Shown: positions 49,012 through 61,029 of the stretch, one piece after another
Layout of the letters: the number at the start of each line of letters is the position of its first letter
How positions within the stretch are numbered: position 1 is the first letter of the stretch
The notes under the pieces: model-generated
What the model saw: only the letters and a program-made list of their open reading frames with translations
Database searches by the model: none
Told to the model about the DNA's origin: nothing
Program-made: the position numbers and the translations under genes
DNA from: Malacoraja senta
Lineage: Eukaryota
Length of the DNA: 64,000 nt
Reading direction: 5' to 3'
Assembly (NCBI GenBank): GCA_038087875.1
Contig: CM075981.1
Location: 30,814,001 to 30,878,000 of the forward strand

Positions 49012-50296
49012 CTAGACTAAGTGGGATCCGTTGGGTCCCAGCATCACACGGGAGGCTGGTCCCCCAACTCAAATATTCCACCTCCCCACCAATTCCAATA
49101 TTTGTGGCCATTGGGGGCGGGGGGGGGGGGCTTTCTGGAGCGCTAGTATGGGTGTTGTGGGCTGAAGGGACTGGTTTCCAGAGGGCTAGTACGGACATTG
49201 TGGGCCGAACGGATTCTTGGGCTGGCGGCACAGTCACTCAAGCCTGTTGTGCTGGCAGCTCACTCACTCACAGCTGGTGGGCTGGCAGTTGACTCAAGGC
49301 AATTCCTTGAAATTCCATTTCAAGCAGGGTGCAAGGCCACCAAAATTCAATTGCAGTTTCTCACCACCAAGCAGGGTGCAAGGCCACCAAATTCAAGTGC
49401 AGTTTCATACCATTTCAAGCAGGGTGCAGGCCACTAAAGATAGCGAGTCGTGACCTCTCCTCCTCCCATCTTGCAGAGACTGAGCCACCCCCACACTTCC
49501 GGGTTTTATAGTCCCTCCCCCCCTCCCAGCAGAAGGGGCGTGGCCTTCATGGCGTGATTGACAGGAGAGAGAATCTCAACATTTTTTAAACACTAATAAC
49601 TCTCTTATTTTTCAGCGATGGGAAAAATCCTTGGCACCTGATGAGCGGAGGGGGACTGAGTAAGATGGCCAAAAATCACAGCTGTACGTGGTAGCGTTTT
49701 TTCTAAAATCAATATAAAGCACAAACAGGAAGTGGTCAAGATTAGACTTTTAATTATATAGAAGGCAGGGCAACTTTAATTAGGCAAGGCAACTTTAATT
49801 AGGCAAGGCAACTTTAATTAGGCAACACAGCTTTAGCATTTCCAAACCAAAGGCAACACAGCTTTAGCATTTCCAAACCAAAGGCAACACAGCTTTAGCA
49901 TTTCCAAACAATATTTTCAAACCACATATAGGCACTGACAGGTCAGTAAAGCCACTCACAGTTTAGTAGACATGTGTTCAGTGTTATTCACAGCTCAGAC
50001 TGAGGGACATGACCCTCTCGCTCCCCCATCTTGCATAGACTGACTGAGGCACTCAACACTTCCGGGTTTATAGTCCCTCCGGAAGCGGCATGGCCTTCAG
50101 GAGAGAGAATCTCAACGTTTTTTAAACACTAATAATTATTTTAATTTTCATCGATGGGAAAAATCCTCTTGTCCTGCGCAGCGGAGGGGGACTCTGAGTA
50201 AGATAGCCAAAAATCACAGCCGTAAGTGGCAGCATTTTTTCTAAAATCAATATACAGAACAGGAAGTGGTCAAGATCAGACTTTTAGTAATATAGA
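49012..50296 (-). mobile_element. Non-autonomous Helitron (composite)
   Basis: Minus strand A|TCTATATTACTAAAAG...TGGGACCC-AAC-GGATCCCA hairpin...CTAG|T. No TSD. The empty site restores a host repeat tail (ttattgacata|tgtcttg). Confidence 0.88.
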
Positions 50297-50763
50297 TGTC
50301 TTGAAACGGTGCAATGAAATTCCTACTTACAATGAACGGAAGTTGGAGGAAGTCTTCCTCAATCCCAATAGGCTAAGACGTCTGTGCCCAGTTTGCATTG
50401 AATTAACTTTCTTTTTTTTTTTTTTTTGAAAATATTTTTTATTGGAGAAAAGTACACAACCTATTAACATCATTACAGTCTTACATTTTTAAATTGATAA
50501 TATTATCAATTATTATTACATTGTCTCCAATACCTTTTGCCTTTTTTTTATTTTTAAAACTAGATAGAACTAAAAAGATAGATGAAGTAAAGAAAGAAAA
50601 GAGTGAGAAGAAAAAGAGAAAAAAAAAAGAAAAAAAAAAAAAAAAAAAAAAAAAAAGAAAAAGATGGTTAAAGAAGAATGGAAAAATTTATTAAAATAAA
50701 AAACTTCATTCGAGATATATTCGTACATTTCAGAGTATAGCATTTCATCCATTCTTTAGCCCA

Positions 50764-53700
50764 TTAGTCAGGTTCCTGTGCTGAACCATTCTGACCCTTT
50801 AAATAATCAATAAAGGGAGACCATGTTCCAACGAATAATTCCTGTTTGTCCAACAGGGAAAATCTGATTCTTTCCACGTTTAAGGTCTCCGTCATTTCTA
50901 TAATCCACATTTTAATTGTGGGGGACGTAGGGCCTTTCCAAAATTTTAGAATTAATTTTTTTCCTGTTATTATACTATAATCAATAAAGTTTCTTTGTGT
51001 TGTTGTAAATGTTTGATTTAATTCTAATGTTCCGAGTATTATTAATTTTGGATCCGGGTCCAATTATGTGCTGGTCACTTTAGATATTATACTAAAAATA
51101 TTTACCCAGAATTTTTTAATTTTTATACAGTTTGCAAACATATGAGATAAGGTAGCTTCTAAATGTTGACATTTATCACATATAGGTGAGATATGTTGAA
51201 AGATTTTATGTAATTTTGTTTTTGAATAATGTAACCTATGTATTACTTTAAATTGTATTAAAGAATGTCTGGCATTTAATGAACATTGATGTATGTGTTG
51301 TAAACTTTCTTCCCAAGTATCGTTCGTTATTATTTGATTTAATTATTTTTCCCATGTTTGTCTGTGTAAGTCCGTCGATGGAATGTCACTGTCTAATAAG
51401 ATATTATATATATAAGATATTAATTTTTCTGTATTAGGATGTTTATTCCAACATTCGTCAAGAATTTCTGAATTTCTAATTCGAAAATTTTGAGTATTCG
51501 ATTTTACATAATCTCTGAGTTGAAGATATCTGAAATAATCATTTCCTCGGAGTCCATAAGTCTGTTGCAACTCCTGAAATGTCAGAAAAGTGCCTTCCTT
51601 ATAAAGTTGTCCCATATTTTTAATTCCATAATTCTTCCATTGTGTAAAACCCCTGTCCAACCATGAGGGCTTAAACAAAGGGTTATTCACAATTGGGAGA
51701 AAAAGTGATAAATTATCTAATTTTAATGTCTTTTTTAATTGTTTCCAAATTCGTATGGCACTAAATATTATAGGGTTTTCCCTATACATTTTTTTGTTTA
51801 ATTTAGATGTAGCAAATAATATCGAACCGATATCAAAAGGCAAACAATCTTCCTTTTCCATTTTTAACCAATCTGGTTGTTGATCTATTTCTTCCAACCA
51901 GAAATTCATATTTTTAATATTAACTGCCCAAAAATAAAACAGAAAGTTGGGTAAAACCAAGCCTCCATTTATTTTTGATTTACACAAATGTCTTTTGTTT
52001 ATCCTATGATTCTTATAATCCCAGATAAAATCATTAACAATGGAGTCCAATTTAAAAAAAAGTTTTTTGACAAATATATCGGAATTGTCTGGAAAAGGTA
52101 TAATATTTGCGGTAAAAAAATCATTTTTATGGCATTAATTTTGCCAACCATTGAGATAGGAAGTGTTTTCAAGTATTGAATATTCTTATGTAGTTTATTC
52201 AGTAATGGGGGAAAATTTGCTTTAAATAATGATGTATATATCTTAGTTACATAAATACCTAGGTATTTAAATTTTTCATTTACTATTTTAAATGGAAATT
52301 GTTGTATTATCTGTTTGTTATGTTCCCTTATTGGCATAATTTCACTTTTATTCCAATTTATTCTGTATCCTGAGAGTGAACCAAATTGGGTTATTAGCTC
52401 TAATAAGTTTGGAATACTAATTTCTGGTTTTGTAATGTAAATTAGTACATCATCTGCGTATAGAGAAATTTTATTCACTGTGTCCTTTGTGATATACCCA
52501 TATATTTCCGGATGACCCCTAACTCTTTCTGCGAGTGGCTCAATAGCAAGCGCAAATAATAATGGAGATAACGGGCATCCTTGTCTACAACCTCTAGATA
52601 GGTTGAATTTAGATGACAACCTTTAGTTTGTTAATATTCTAGCCGTAGGATTTGTATATAACAGTTTTATCCATGTGCAGAATTTCTCCCCTAGCTGCAT
52701 ATTTTCCATCACCGAAAATAAATAAGACCATTCAACCTGATCAAATGCTTTTTCAGCGTCAAGTGAGATTATTGCTAGATCTTCATTAATAATTCTCTTA
52801 GAATAAATAATATTAAATAATCTTCTTAGATTATAATATGAGTACCGTTTCTGAATATAGCCTGTTTGGTCAGGGTGTATTAATTTATTCATCACTGTAC
52901 TTAATCTATGCGCTAGTATTTTAGTTAATATTTTCTGATCTGTATTTAAAAGTGCAATTGCTCTATGTGATCCCGGATCTTCCGGATCTTTATCAGCTTT
53001 AGGAATAAGTGTTATTATAGATTCATTTAAAGTATCTGGACATTTCTGTTGAGTATAGATATGCTCATACAGCCTTTGTAAACGTGGGCAGAGCAAGTCA
53101 TAATTGTTTTAATAAAATTCAGAGCCTAAACCATCTGGTCCTACTGCTTTACCATTTTTTAAAGAGCCAATAGACTCCTCAATATCCTTTATCGTAATCT
53201 CCCTTTCTAATAATTCTCTATCATTTGAATCTAAACCTTTTAAATTACATTTTAGTAAAAAATCTGCTATTCCTTCTGATTGTGCTACAGTTTTAGTTGA
53301 ATAAAGGTTATGATAGTATTGGAGAAATCTTTCATTTATGTCCTTGGGCATTTTTAATAATTCTCCTGTCTCTGTTCTAATTTTATGAATTATTTTTTCC
53401 CCTTCCATTTATCGTAACTGACGTGCTATAGTTTTTGTGGTTTGTCTCCAAATTCAAAATGTAATTGTTTGGTTTTTTGATAAAGTTTTATTACTTGTTC
53501 TGAATACATTTTATTTAATTTATATTTCAATACAGCAATTTTATTATGTTTTGAAATAGATGGCATTCTCGCATTTTCTATATCTAGTTGCTTGATTTCG
53601 CTTTCCAATGTTTGTTGTTTAATCCTGTTCTCTTTATTATAAAATACTTGAGCAGAAATTAATGCACCTCGAACAAACGCTTTAAACGTTTCCCACATAA

Positions 53701-54575
53701 GAGAAGTAGGTGTGTCAGGGTTATCATTTATCTCAAAAAATATTTGAATCTGTTTAATAATATATTCCTGGCATGATCTTTCGTTCAAAATTTATGGGTT
53801 AAATCTCCAGTATGTTTGTTTCTCGGACATTCCATTTAATTTAATCATAAATGTTACAGGTGCATGATCTGAGATTATAATATTATGGTATTTTGAGTTA
53901 TAAGTAAATGGGATAAACGTGGAGTCAACTAAAAAATAATCTATTCTTGAGTATGTTTTGTGTACTGGTGAGTAAAATGAATATTTCCGTCCAGTTGGAT
54001 TTTCTATTCTCCAGACATCCTTAATATTAGTGGTATTAATAAATGAATTTAGAAATACACTTGATTGAGATTTTACTTTTTTTTGCCTTGATGATCTATC
54101 TAAGTATGAATCTAATGTACAATTGAAGTCTCCTCCAATTATTAATTTATATTGTGTAAATTCAGGAATTGTATTAAATGTTTTATTAAAAAACATAGGG
54201 TTATCAAAATTAGGCCCATATACATTAAGAAGAATCACTTTTTCTCCATTTAACTCTCCAACTAATATAATATATCTACCATCAATATCCGCTATTGTTG
54301 ATGAATTCGTAAAAGGTATTCCTTTACGAATTAATATTGCAACTCCTCTGGACATGGGAAAAAGAGGAATGATATGATTCAGCGATCCACTTAGCTTTAA
54401 GTCTATGTTGAGATTCCTTTTTAAGGTGTGTTTCTTGAAGGAATATTATATCTGTTTTGATTGAATTTAGATGTGCCAAAACTTTACCTCTCTTAATTGG
54501 TTCATTGATTCCCTTGACATTCCAACTACAAAATGTTATTCCCTGACCCCCTCTTGTCATATTAACATCTTGCAT
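50764..54575 (-). pseudogene. L1 ORF2 (APE endonuclease, RT, Cys-rich domain), disrupted
   Basis: SWNVKG, LQETH, GGDFN, SRIDY, SDH; LDAEKAFD, RQGCPLSP, LYADD, KYLG; CDKC...HMFANC. At least 8 stops or frameshifts. Confidence 0.95.
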
Positions 54576-54949
54576 ATTGTTTCTAAGGTGGTCTATAACC
54601 GAGCAGAAGGTGCAACACATAAAACCTGACCCTGCTCCCGAACCTCAAATAGATGAATTTAAAATCATATACATCGCTCTTCCGAACACATCTCCTTGTA
54701 TTAGTCTTGTTTTTCCATTCAAACATTAAGTTATAAAAATATTTAAAGTGAAAAAAGTGATAGAATTGGTTAGCATAGGGTGAAAGAAAAAAAACGACAT
54801 CTACAATTAGTGTAGTTAGTGATAGCCACACTAACGTGGCTAGAATTCTAAAGACTTCCGTAGCCTTTGTAAAAAAAAATTCCCAGCTCCGTGCCCGAAA
54901 AAAAAAAGATTATTTCTAACAATCAAATAACTTCTTTGGGAGTAACAAA

Positions 54950-55040
54950 CATATATACATACCCATACATACGTACACACATACATACACATATACACAT
55001 ACATATATATATATATATACCCATATGCATACATACATAA
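54950..55040. repeat. (ATAC)n/(AT)n microsatellite in the L1 inter-ORF spacer
   Basis: Directly visible. Confidence 0.9.
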
Positions 55041-55571
55041 GCACGCATCCCTGCAGAAAAGTCCGAGAACAGCATAACTTCATAACGTTATTATTCTCTA
55101 CATATCATATTAATATCTTCGCTAAATCTATAAATTTAATTTTAAATTGAAAAATAAAGAGAAAAACCGTCAAACCTTATTATGACGTAGGCTGAATTAC
55201 CTCTTGCATATCTTCCTATATAATATAAGTATGTAATTCATTTCCACGTTAACCAAAGACTGTTAGTTATTAATCATTGTTATCAATCATACCCAGTATT
55301 AAATTTTTATGAGTAATATAAATGTTAATAATTTTAGTAGTAATATAGATATTTAATAAGTATTAGTTGTTACATATATAGTTAGATATGAATATACAGA
55401 TAATAATAGTGATTAATAAAAATAAAAAAAATAAAAAAACCACGGTTTTCTCCAATGTCCACCGTCCATTCGGTTTTCAAATGTCCTTAAAGCTCTTAAA
55501 AGAACTTTAAAGGTCCTTTTAGATCTGGCGGTCCCGTTAATCCTTGACTCCTGAGGAGTAATGTAAATTCT

Positions 55572-56540
55572 TCAGTCTGTGGTCACGTTCCCGATTTCTT
55601 TGGCAAATTCCAGTGCTTTTTCATGGTCTGTAAAAAAATGCTCCTTGTTCTTGTAGGTAACTCTTAGTCTTGCGGGGTAAAGCAGGCCGTATCTCAAATC
55701 AGGTACATTCTTCAGTATTCTTTTTGTCTCAGTGAACAGCGCCCTGTTCTTGAAGACCTCTGCCGGATAATCTCGGTAAATACTGAACCTCACACCTTCA
55801 AAATGGAGCTGTCCGCTTCGGACGATTTTCTTCATTATATCGTCAAATTCATGATCCAGTTGCACCTTTACGATAATTTGTCTTGGATGGGCATCATCTT
55901 GTGTACGACGCCGCTGCGCTCTATGAGCTTGACCGAGTGAAGGTTTTTGATCCAATTTTAAGGCTTTTTGTAGTAGGTCTGCCACAAAATCCCGAGGGCC
56001 CATTTCCCTCTCACTTCCTTCTTTCACCCCTACAATTCTTAGATTCTTACGTCTTTGACGCCCCTCCAAATCGGTACATTTATCACTTAATTTGATCACC
56101 ATACCGGAGAGGCGTTGGTTTTCAATAAGAAGTCGACCTACAGTTTCCTCACTTGTCGCCGCCCATTTCTCAAGTTCGGTTATCGCTGTTCTATGTTGTT
56201 CAAGTGTTTGATGAATGGGGGCCACCTCCATTTTAACGTTCGCTTCCACCGAAACGAGCCTGGCTTCCAGCACTTCCATCTGTTCCTTGACCTCTTCCTC
56301 CCTCGACCTCTTCCAGACTTCCAGTATTTCTTGAACAGTAGAAAGCATTTCTGCTTTAAAATCTACCTTAAAAGAGTAAAGTTCCTCTTTAAAATTCTCT
56401 CCATAGGTTTTCAATTCAGCAGCGAGAAAAGTTTTAAGATCATCCATTTCAGACTTTTTCTGCTTTGATTTCTTCGGAGGGTCTTCCTGGGCCGTCATTG
56501 TAACTGAGGCCGAGGCCTCAGTTGGGCCTTCCTCTTCCAT
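55572..56540 (-). CDS. L1 ORF1p (coiled coil, RRM, C-terminal domain), intact, 322 aa
   Basis: DLEGRQRRKNLRIVGVKE, AHRA, PRQIIVK, IYRDY, YPARLRV motifs. Confidence 0.92.
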   Translation of the reverse strand: MEEEGPTEASASVTMTAQEDPPKKSKQKKSEMDDLKTFLAAELKTYGENFKEELYSFKVDFKAEMLSTVQEILEVWKRSREEEVKEQMEVLEARLVSVEANVKMEVAPIHQTLEQHRTAITELEKWAATSEETVGRLLIENQRLSGMVIKLSDKCTDLEGRQRRKNLRIVGVKEGSEREMGPRDFVADLLQKALKLDQKPSLGQAHRAQRRRTQDDAHPRQIIVKVQLDHEFDDIMKKIVRSGQLHFEGVRFSIYRDYPAEVFKNRALFTETKRILKNVPDLRYGLLYPARLRVTYKNKEHFFTDHEKALEFAKEIGNVTTD

Positions 56541-57137
56541 CGGTGGTTTCCCTTTAACGGTTTTTTTTTTGTGTCGACGTTGTAACGACGTTGTAACGAC
56601 ATACCGTCAAAGTCGCGCGCCTGATTACGTCACGCGGCAGGCAGCCGTTCAGGTCGCGATCGCTGCAGGTAAGACCCGATTTTCTCCCGTTTTCAGTTTC
56701 TTCGGCACGGAGCTAGTTGGCACTGGACTCAAGCCTCCATAGCGCCACCGGAAGTCTGAATTAACTTTCTAACACATGATCTGATATTTCCTTTCCAGTA
56801 TTAAATTAGATTTTGCTCACTTAATTCTCACCACTAGCTGAATACAAACATCTTAAACCAAGGGATTTCTCCATTGAGCTCGAGTATCCGACAAACCGAG
56901 TTCCTGCTGACTCGAGTCTATGTTCCGATAAATCATTCGTGTTCCAGTAGGCCCAGGCCATGAAAACCTGCCTCGTTATCTGTCAGGTGTGGGAAGGAAC
57001 TGCAGATGCTGGTTTAAACTGAAGATAGACACAAAATGCTGGAGTAACTCAGCAGGAAACTCTGATCATAGATTTCAAAGAATTAAACATTCACTCATTA
57101 GAATAAGCATAAGCATCAGAATAAGCATAATCATCAG

Positions 57138-57506
57138 GGTCAGCACGGTGGCGCAGCGGTAGAGTTGCTACCTTACAGCGCCAGAGAACCGGGTTCGATC
57201 CTGACTATGGGTGCTGTCTGTACCGAGTTTGTACATTCTCCTCGTAACCTGCGTGGGTTTTCTCTGGGATCTCCGGTTTCCTCCCACACTCCAAAGTACT
57301 GGTTTGTAGGTTAATTGAACTGTTTTGTTAATTGTTACTGGTTAGTAGGTTTATTGTCAAAGGTACTTGTTTGTAGGTTAATTGGCTTGGTATAATTATA
57401 AATTGTCCCTCGTGTGCTGAGGATAGCAGAACTGTGCGGTGATCGCAAGTCGGCGCGGGCTCGGTGGTCCGAAGGGCCTGTTTCCGCTCTGTATCTCTAA
57501 ACTAAA
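57138..57506 (+). mobile_element. HE1-type V-SINE with internal duplication
   Basis: A/B boxes; gtactggtttgtaggttaattg segment repeated about 3 times at 57296-57385. Confidence 0.85.
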
Positions 57507-57689
57507 CAAAATTAAATCAGAATAAGCTGCCGAGACCACCCCACCCCACCCCCCTCCCCCTACAGTGACAGGCCTGGCTCGCTGCCTCAAAGATAGACAC
57601 AGTGGGTCACGGCCTGCAGGGAAGAAGCTCGTAAGCCATCGAGCTCGGTCCTGAAGACTGAAGAGTCGAGGAGGAGAGAGCTGCTGGTG

Positions 57690-58030
57690 ACGACAGTCAC
57701 GAAGAGTGGGCCCATGGGAGAGGGACTGGGGAACTGTCTCCAATACATTCAAGGTCGGCTGCAGGAGGCACCCCACGGGACACAGAGGCGGTCGGGCGAG
57801 GACAGGGACGTCGGTTCGTGGGCCGAGCTGGTCGAGGGTGACGGGGCAGGTCCTTCAGCAGCCACGTTTACCTGGATCGGGAGCCGCTCCAGTACATCGA
57901 GCGTTGGACTTTTTTGTAAATGGCACCAAAATATGGCGACTTGTGCATGTGAGATCTATGCAAAACGAATTTCACTGTGCAGTGCACACGTGACAATAAA
58001 GCACCATTGAACCATTAAAGCACCACTGAG
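57690..58030 (+). mobile_element. GC-rich ORF-less retroposon fragment with a Rex1-like tail
   Basis: Ends aatttcactgtgcagtgcacacgtgacaataaagcaccattga. Confidence 0.5.
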
Positions 58031-58705
58031 TGTTCCTACCTGTCTCGATGGCCGTTACCCCTAAATCGCTGAAAGGAGAGACAAGCAGTTACTACAAGAT
58101 GAATGATCTCTCTTTGGAACGTTATATTGAATGACCTTTCCTTTAGTTCATTATAGTTTATTATTGTCACATGTACCGAGATACAGTGAAAAGCTTTTTT
58201 GTTGCTTGCTATCCAATCCGCCAAAAAGATCACGTTACCATGAAAGGAGCATTGCCAGTATAAAGCATTGAGGTGAACCTGTTACTTTTAAATCCTGTAT
58301 GAAATGATCCCTTGGCAATGGTTCAATGCCCACCCACTTCCTTCCCAGTATTGATAAAATCAATTTCACTGCCGTTAAATTTTATATGCACTTTTTAACA
58401 ATGTTAGCGACGTCTTTAGAATGTTTGCCCTATAACTGTGAGCTTGTACTATTTTCCAAAATAATTGTTGAACTCAGGAAATTAACAATGTCATCCAAGC
58501 AACCATTTTGGAGAAGGATAACAGTAAGGTAGACATTTCTGGGACTTCCTCACCGTCACTTTCTTGAAGTTTTCCCACGCCATGCACTCCCCCTTGTTGC
58601 TACACCAATCCAGAGAAAAAAAGAACATCAAGATAAAAATCTTTAACTAGAAAGTAATTATAATATGGAATTTATTAGCGTAAAGTGAAGTAGAGGCAGC
58701 ACAGT

Positions 58706-58990
58706 GGCACAGCGATAGAGCTGCTGTCACAGCTCCAAAGACCCGGGTTCGATCCCAACCACGGGTGCTGTCTGTACGAAAGTTTGTACGTTCTCCCTGT
58801 GACCTCGTGGGTTTTCTGTGGGCGATCCAGTTTCCACCAACATTCCAAAGACATGCAGGTCTGTAGGTTCATTGGTTTCTGTAAATAGTTCCGCATGTGC
58901 AGGATCAAACTAGTATCGTTGGTCGGCACTGACTCCACGGAACAAAGGGCCTGTTTCCACACTGTATCTCGAAACTAAACTAAAAATAAA
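58706..58990 (+). mobile_element. HE1-type V-SINE
   Basis: A/B boxes, V-domain and tail. Confidence 0.85.
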
Positions 58991-60203
58991 ATAAACTAAG
59001 GAGCAGAAAGGCCTTGAATGTGAAGCAGGGTGGAGTCCCAAGGGAGAAATGAGCTTAAATATATCAAGAAATGTTCGGTGGAAATCTGTGTGGAACTTTG
59101 GCAGTAAGACTTAACGGCTTCTGTAAACTCTATGTCACTCCAAAATAAATGATCAATTAGTTACTTGACTAATTTCAAATGCCACATCCCGGTCTTTTAG
59201 GCAGATTGCAAAAAGAGATTAATGTTCCATTTATAGAACCGTGGCATTTCAATCCTCCTCTTGGTAAAATTACCCACTTTCTGCTGCCGAGGCAGCTCAC
59301 TAGGAAGGAAAGAGTGAAACGGAGACTGCAGTCTCACTGCTCCTCATCTCCTTGTACATTTACGAGTTCTTGCCTGGAATAATCAAATGGGCCACAGCTC
59401 CACTGCACAAAAGAAGATGCAGGCCAGGGTGCTTTTTTTTACAATGACTTGACAACCATTCAGCAAATGCGGTGTGATGTTTACGCATTCACACTCAAAC
59501 CTTTATTTACATATTCAAACTATGGAGTGCTTCGAGTGATAAGTTCCATGGAGAACATCAGAAGGAAGAAGCACAAGAACTGAAGACGGATAGTTGTCAC
59601 CAATTCCGCTCTTAAACATCACAACAATTTATAGCGGTGGGAGAGCTTAGTCAAAGGTCACAGTCACTGCTGACTTCCTGCATTGCACTGTATTCCGTTT
59701 CACCGGGGCATCCGTTTACATGGGAAATGGGAAGACGAAGGTGCAGCCAGTAAATCAGCTCATATTTCCATTCACGGGGCTTCCAGCTCCATCAACTTTA
59801 AAGCATTAGGAAATTATTGCAACTCTAACATTTCACATGTAGGACGTCTGTAAGCATCGAGTGTTGGAAAAGCCTAATCTTTTCTGTGAGATGCTCTCGC
59901 CCTTCTGCACCACATCACAGAACACAGAGGAATTCAGGAGAAATGTCTTACGATACGACAGAACTTTATTTATTCCAGGAGGAAATTGTTCTGCCGACAG
60001 TCATAAAGCACAAGATGCATGAAATTAAAGTGACGAGTGGAAAGTCCAGGTTTGGGGATTTGCAAAGATTGGGATGGGGGGGGGGGGGGGGGGTGGGGTG
60101 GGGGGGGAGGGTGGAAGGGGGAAGGGGAGTCAGTCTACCCCATGACAGAAGGGGGAGGAGTTGTACAGTTCGATAGCTGAACTTGAAAATCTAATTTCCT
60201 TTA

Positions 60204-60919
60204 AGGGGCTGTCCCACTACGGCGACCTAATCTGCGAGTTTAGAAGAGTTTGCCCTCGACTCAAACTCGCAGCATGGTCGACACGTGGTCCTAGGAGGTC
60301 CTATGAGATCACTGGAACTCTCCTTCATGCTCGAGGGAAGTTCCCGCATACTCGCGGCCTCAGTTTAGTCGAGGAAAATTTTTCAGCATGTTGAAAATTT
60401 TTCCGCGAGTAAAAATTGGTCAGCATGGTTCTTTTGAACTCGTAATGCAGTGGAGTGGGGTCGCTATGTAGTTATAGGCAGTCAAGGGCAGCCGTAGGCA
60501 ATATCCTTCACTGACTGGGCATTTTAATTGGTTCATTGGAGTTAAAATGCCCACTAAACTTTATTATAAGTTGTCTGGCTTCTTAAAAGTGTCTCCACTC
60601 CTTCTAACCCCCCCCCCCTTCTCTCCCCTTCTCTCCCCTTTCTCTCCCCACTCCCCACTCTCTAAAGGACATACCATACACTGAGCAGGCGTCTTTTATC
60701 TTCCTGTTCATCGCGGGTGTGAATTTCAGACAGCGCTCCCCTGCTTTCCCTGGACCCGCCTTTACGATGTGTTTGTGTTTGTGTATGTGTGCGGTCGGTC
60801 GATCTAGCTCGCGGTTTCATCGCTGACGGTCGATCCAGCTCGAGGTTTTTCAGGCGAGTGCACTCGAGCTTGAAGGTCGAAGACAGTTGCTGAAAAGTCC
60901 TGTCAGTGGGACAGGCCCT
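60204..60919. mobile_element. PIF/Harbinger-type non-autonomous element (716 bp)
   Basis: TIRs AGGGGCTGTCCCACT and AGTGGGACAGGCCCT; TSD TTA on both sides. Confidence 0.85.
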
Positions 60920-61029
60920 TTACTTCCAATTTTGCCCTACACTCACTTTTATATGGTTCATATCTGATTAATTCCTTCCACTCCTGACTTTTCTATCTCA
61001 TTTTATGAAATACATTAGCAACTAGTATC

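Larger units (their letters stand above)
50413..56756 (-). mobile_element. Full-length L1-clade LINE (about 6.3 kb)
   Basis: 5' end GACTTCCGGTGGCGCTATGG, ORF1, ORF2, poly(A) at 50413-50427. 14-bp TSD TGAATTAACTTTCT (50399-50412, 56757-56770). Target TTCT/AA resembles the L1 endonuclease consensus. Confidence 0.95.

Noticed and set aside
49765-49910. CRISPR-like array
   Set aside because: Head-to-tail minisatellites without unique spacers, in eukaryotic DNA inside a Helitron.
55572-56540. Domesticated L1 ORF1 (intact ORF1 beside a dead ORF2)
   Set aside because: At about 8 lesions per 3.8 kb, only about 2 are expected in 0.97 kb; seeing none is not unusual.
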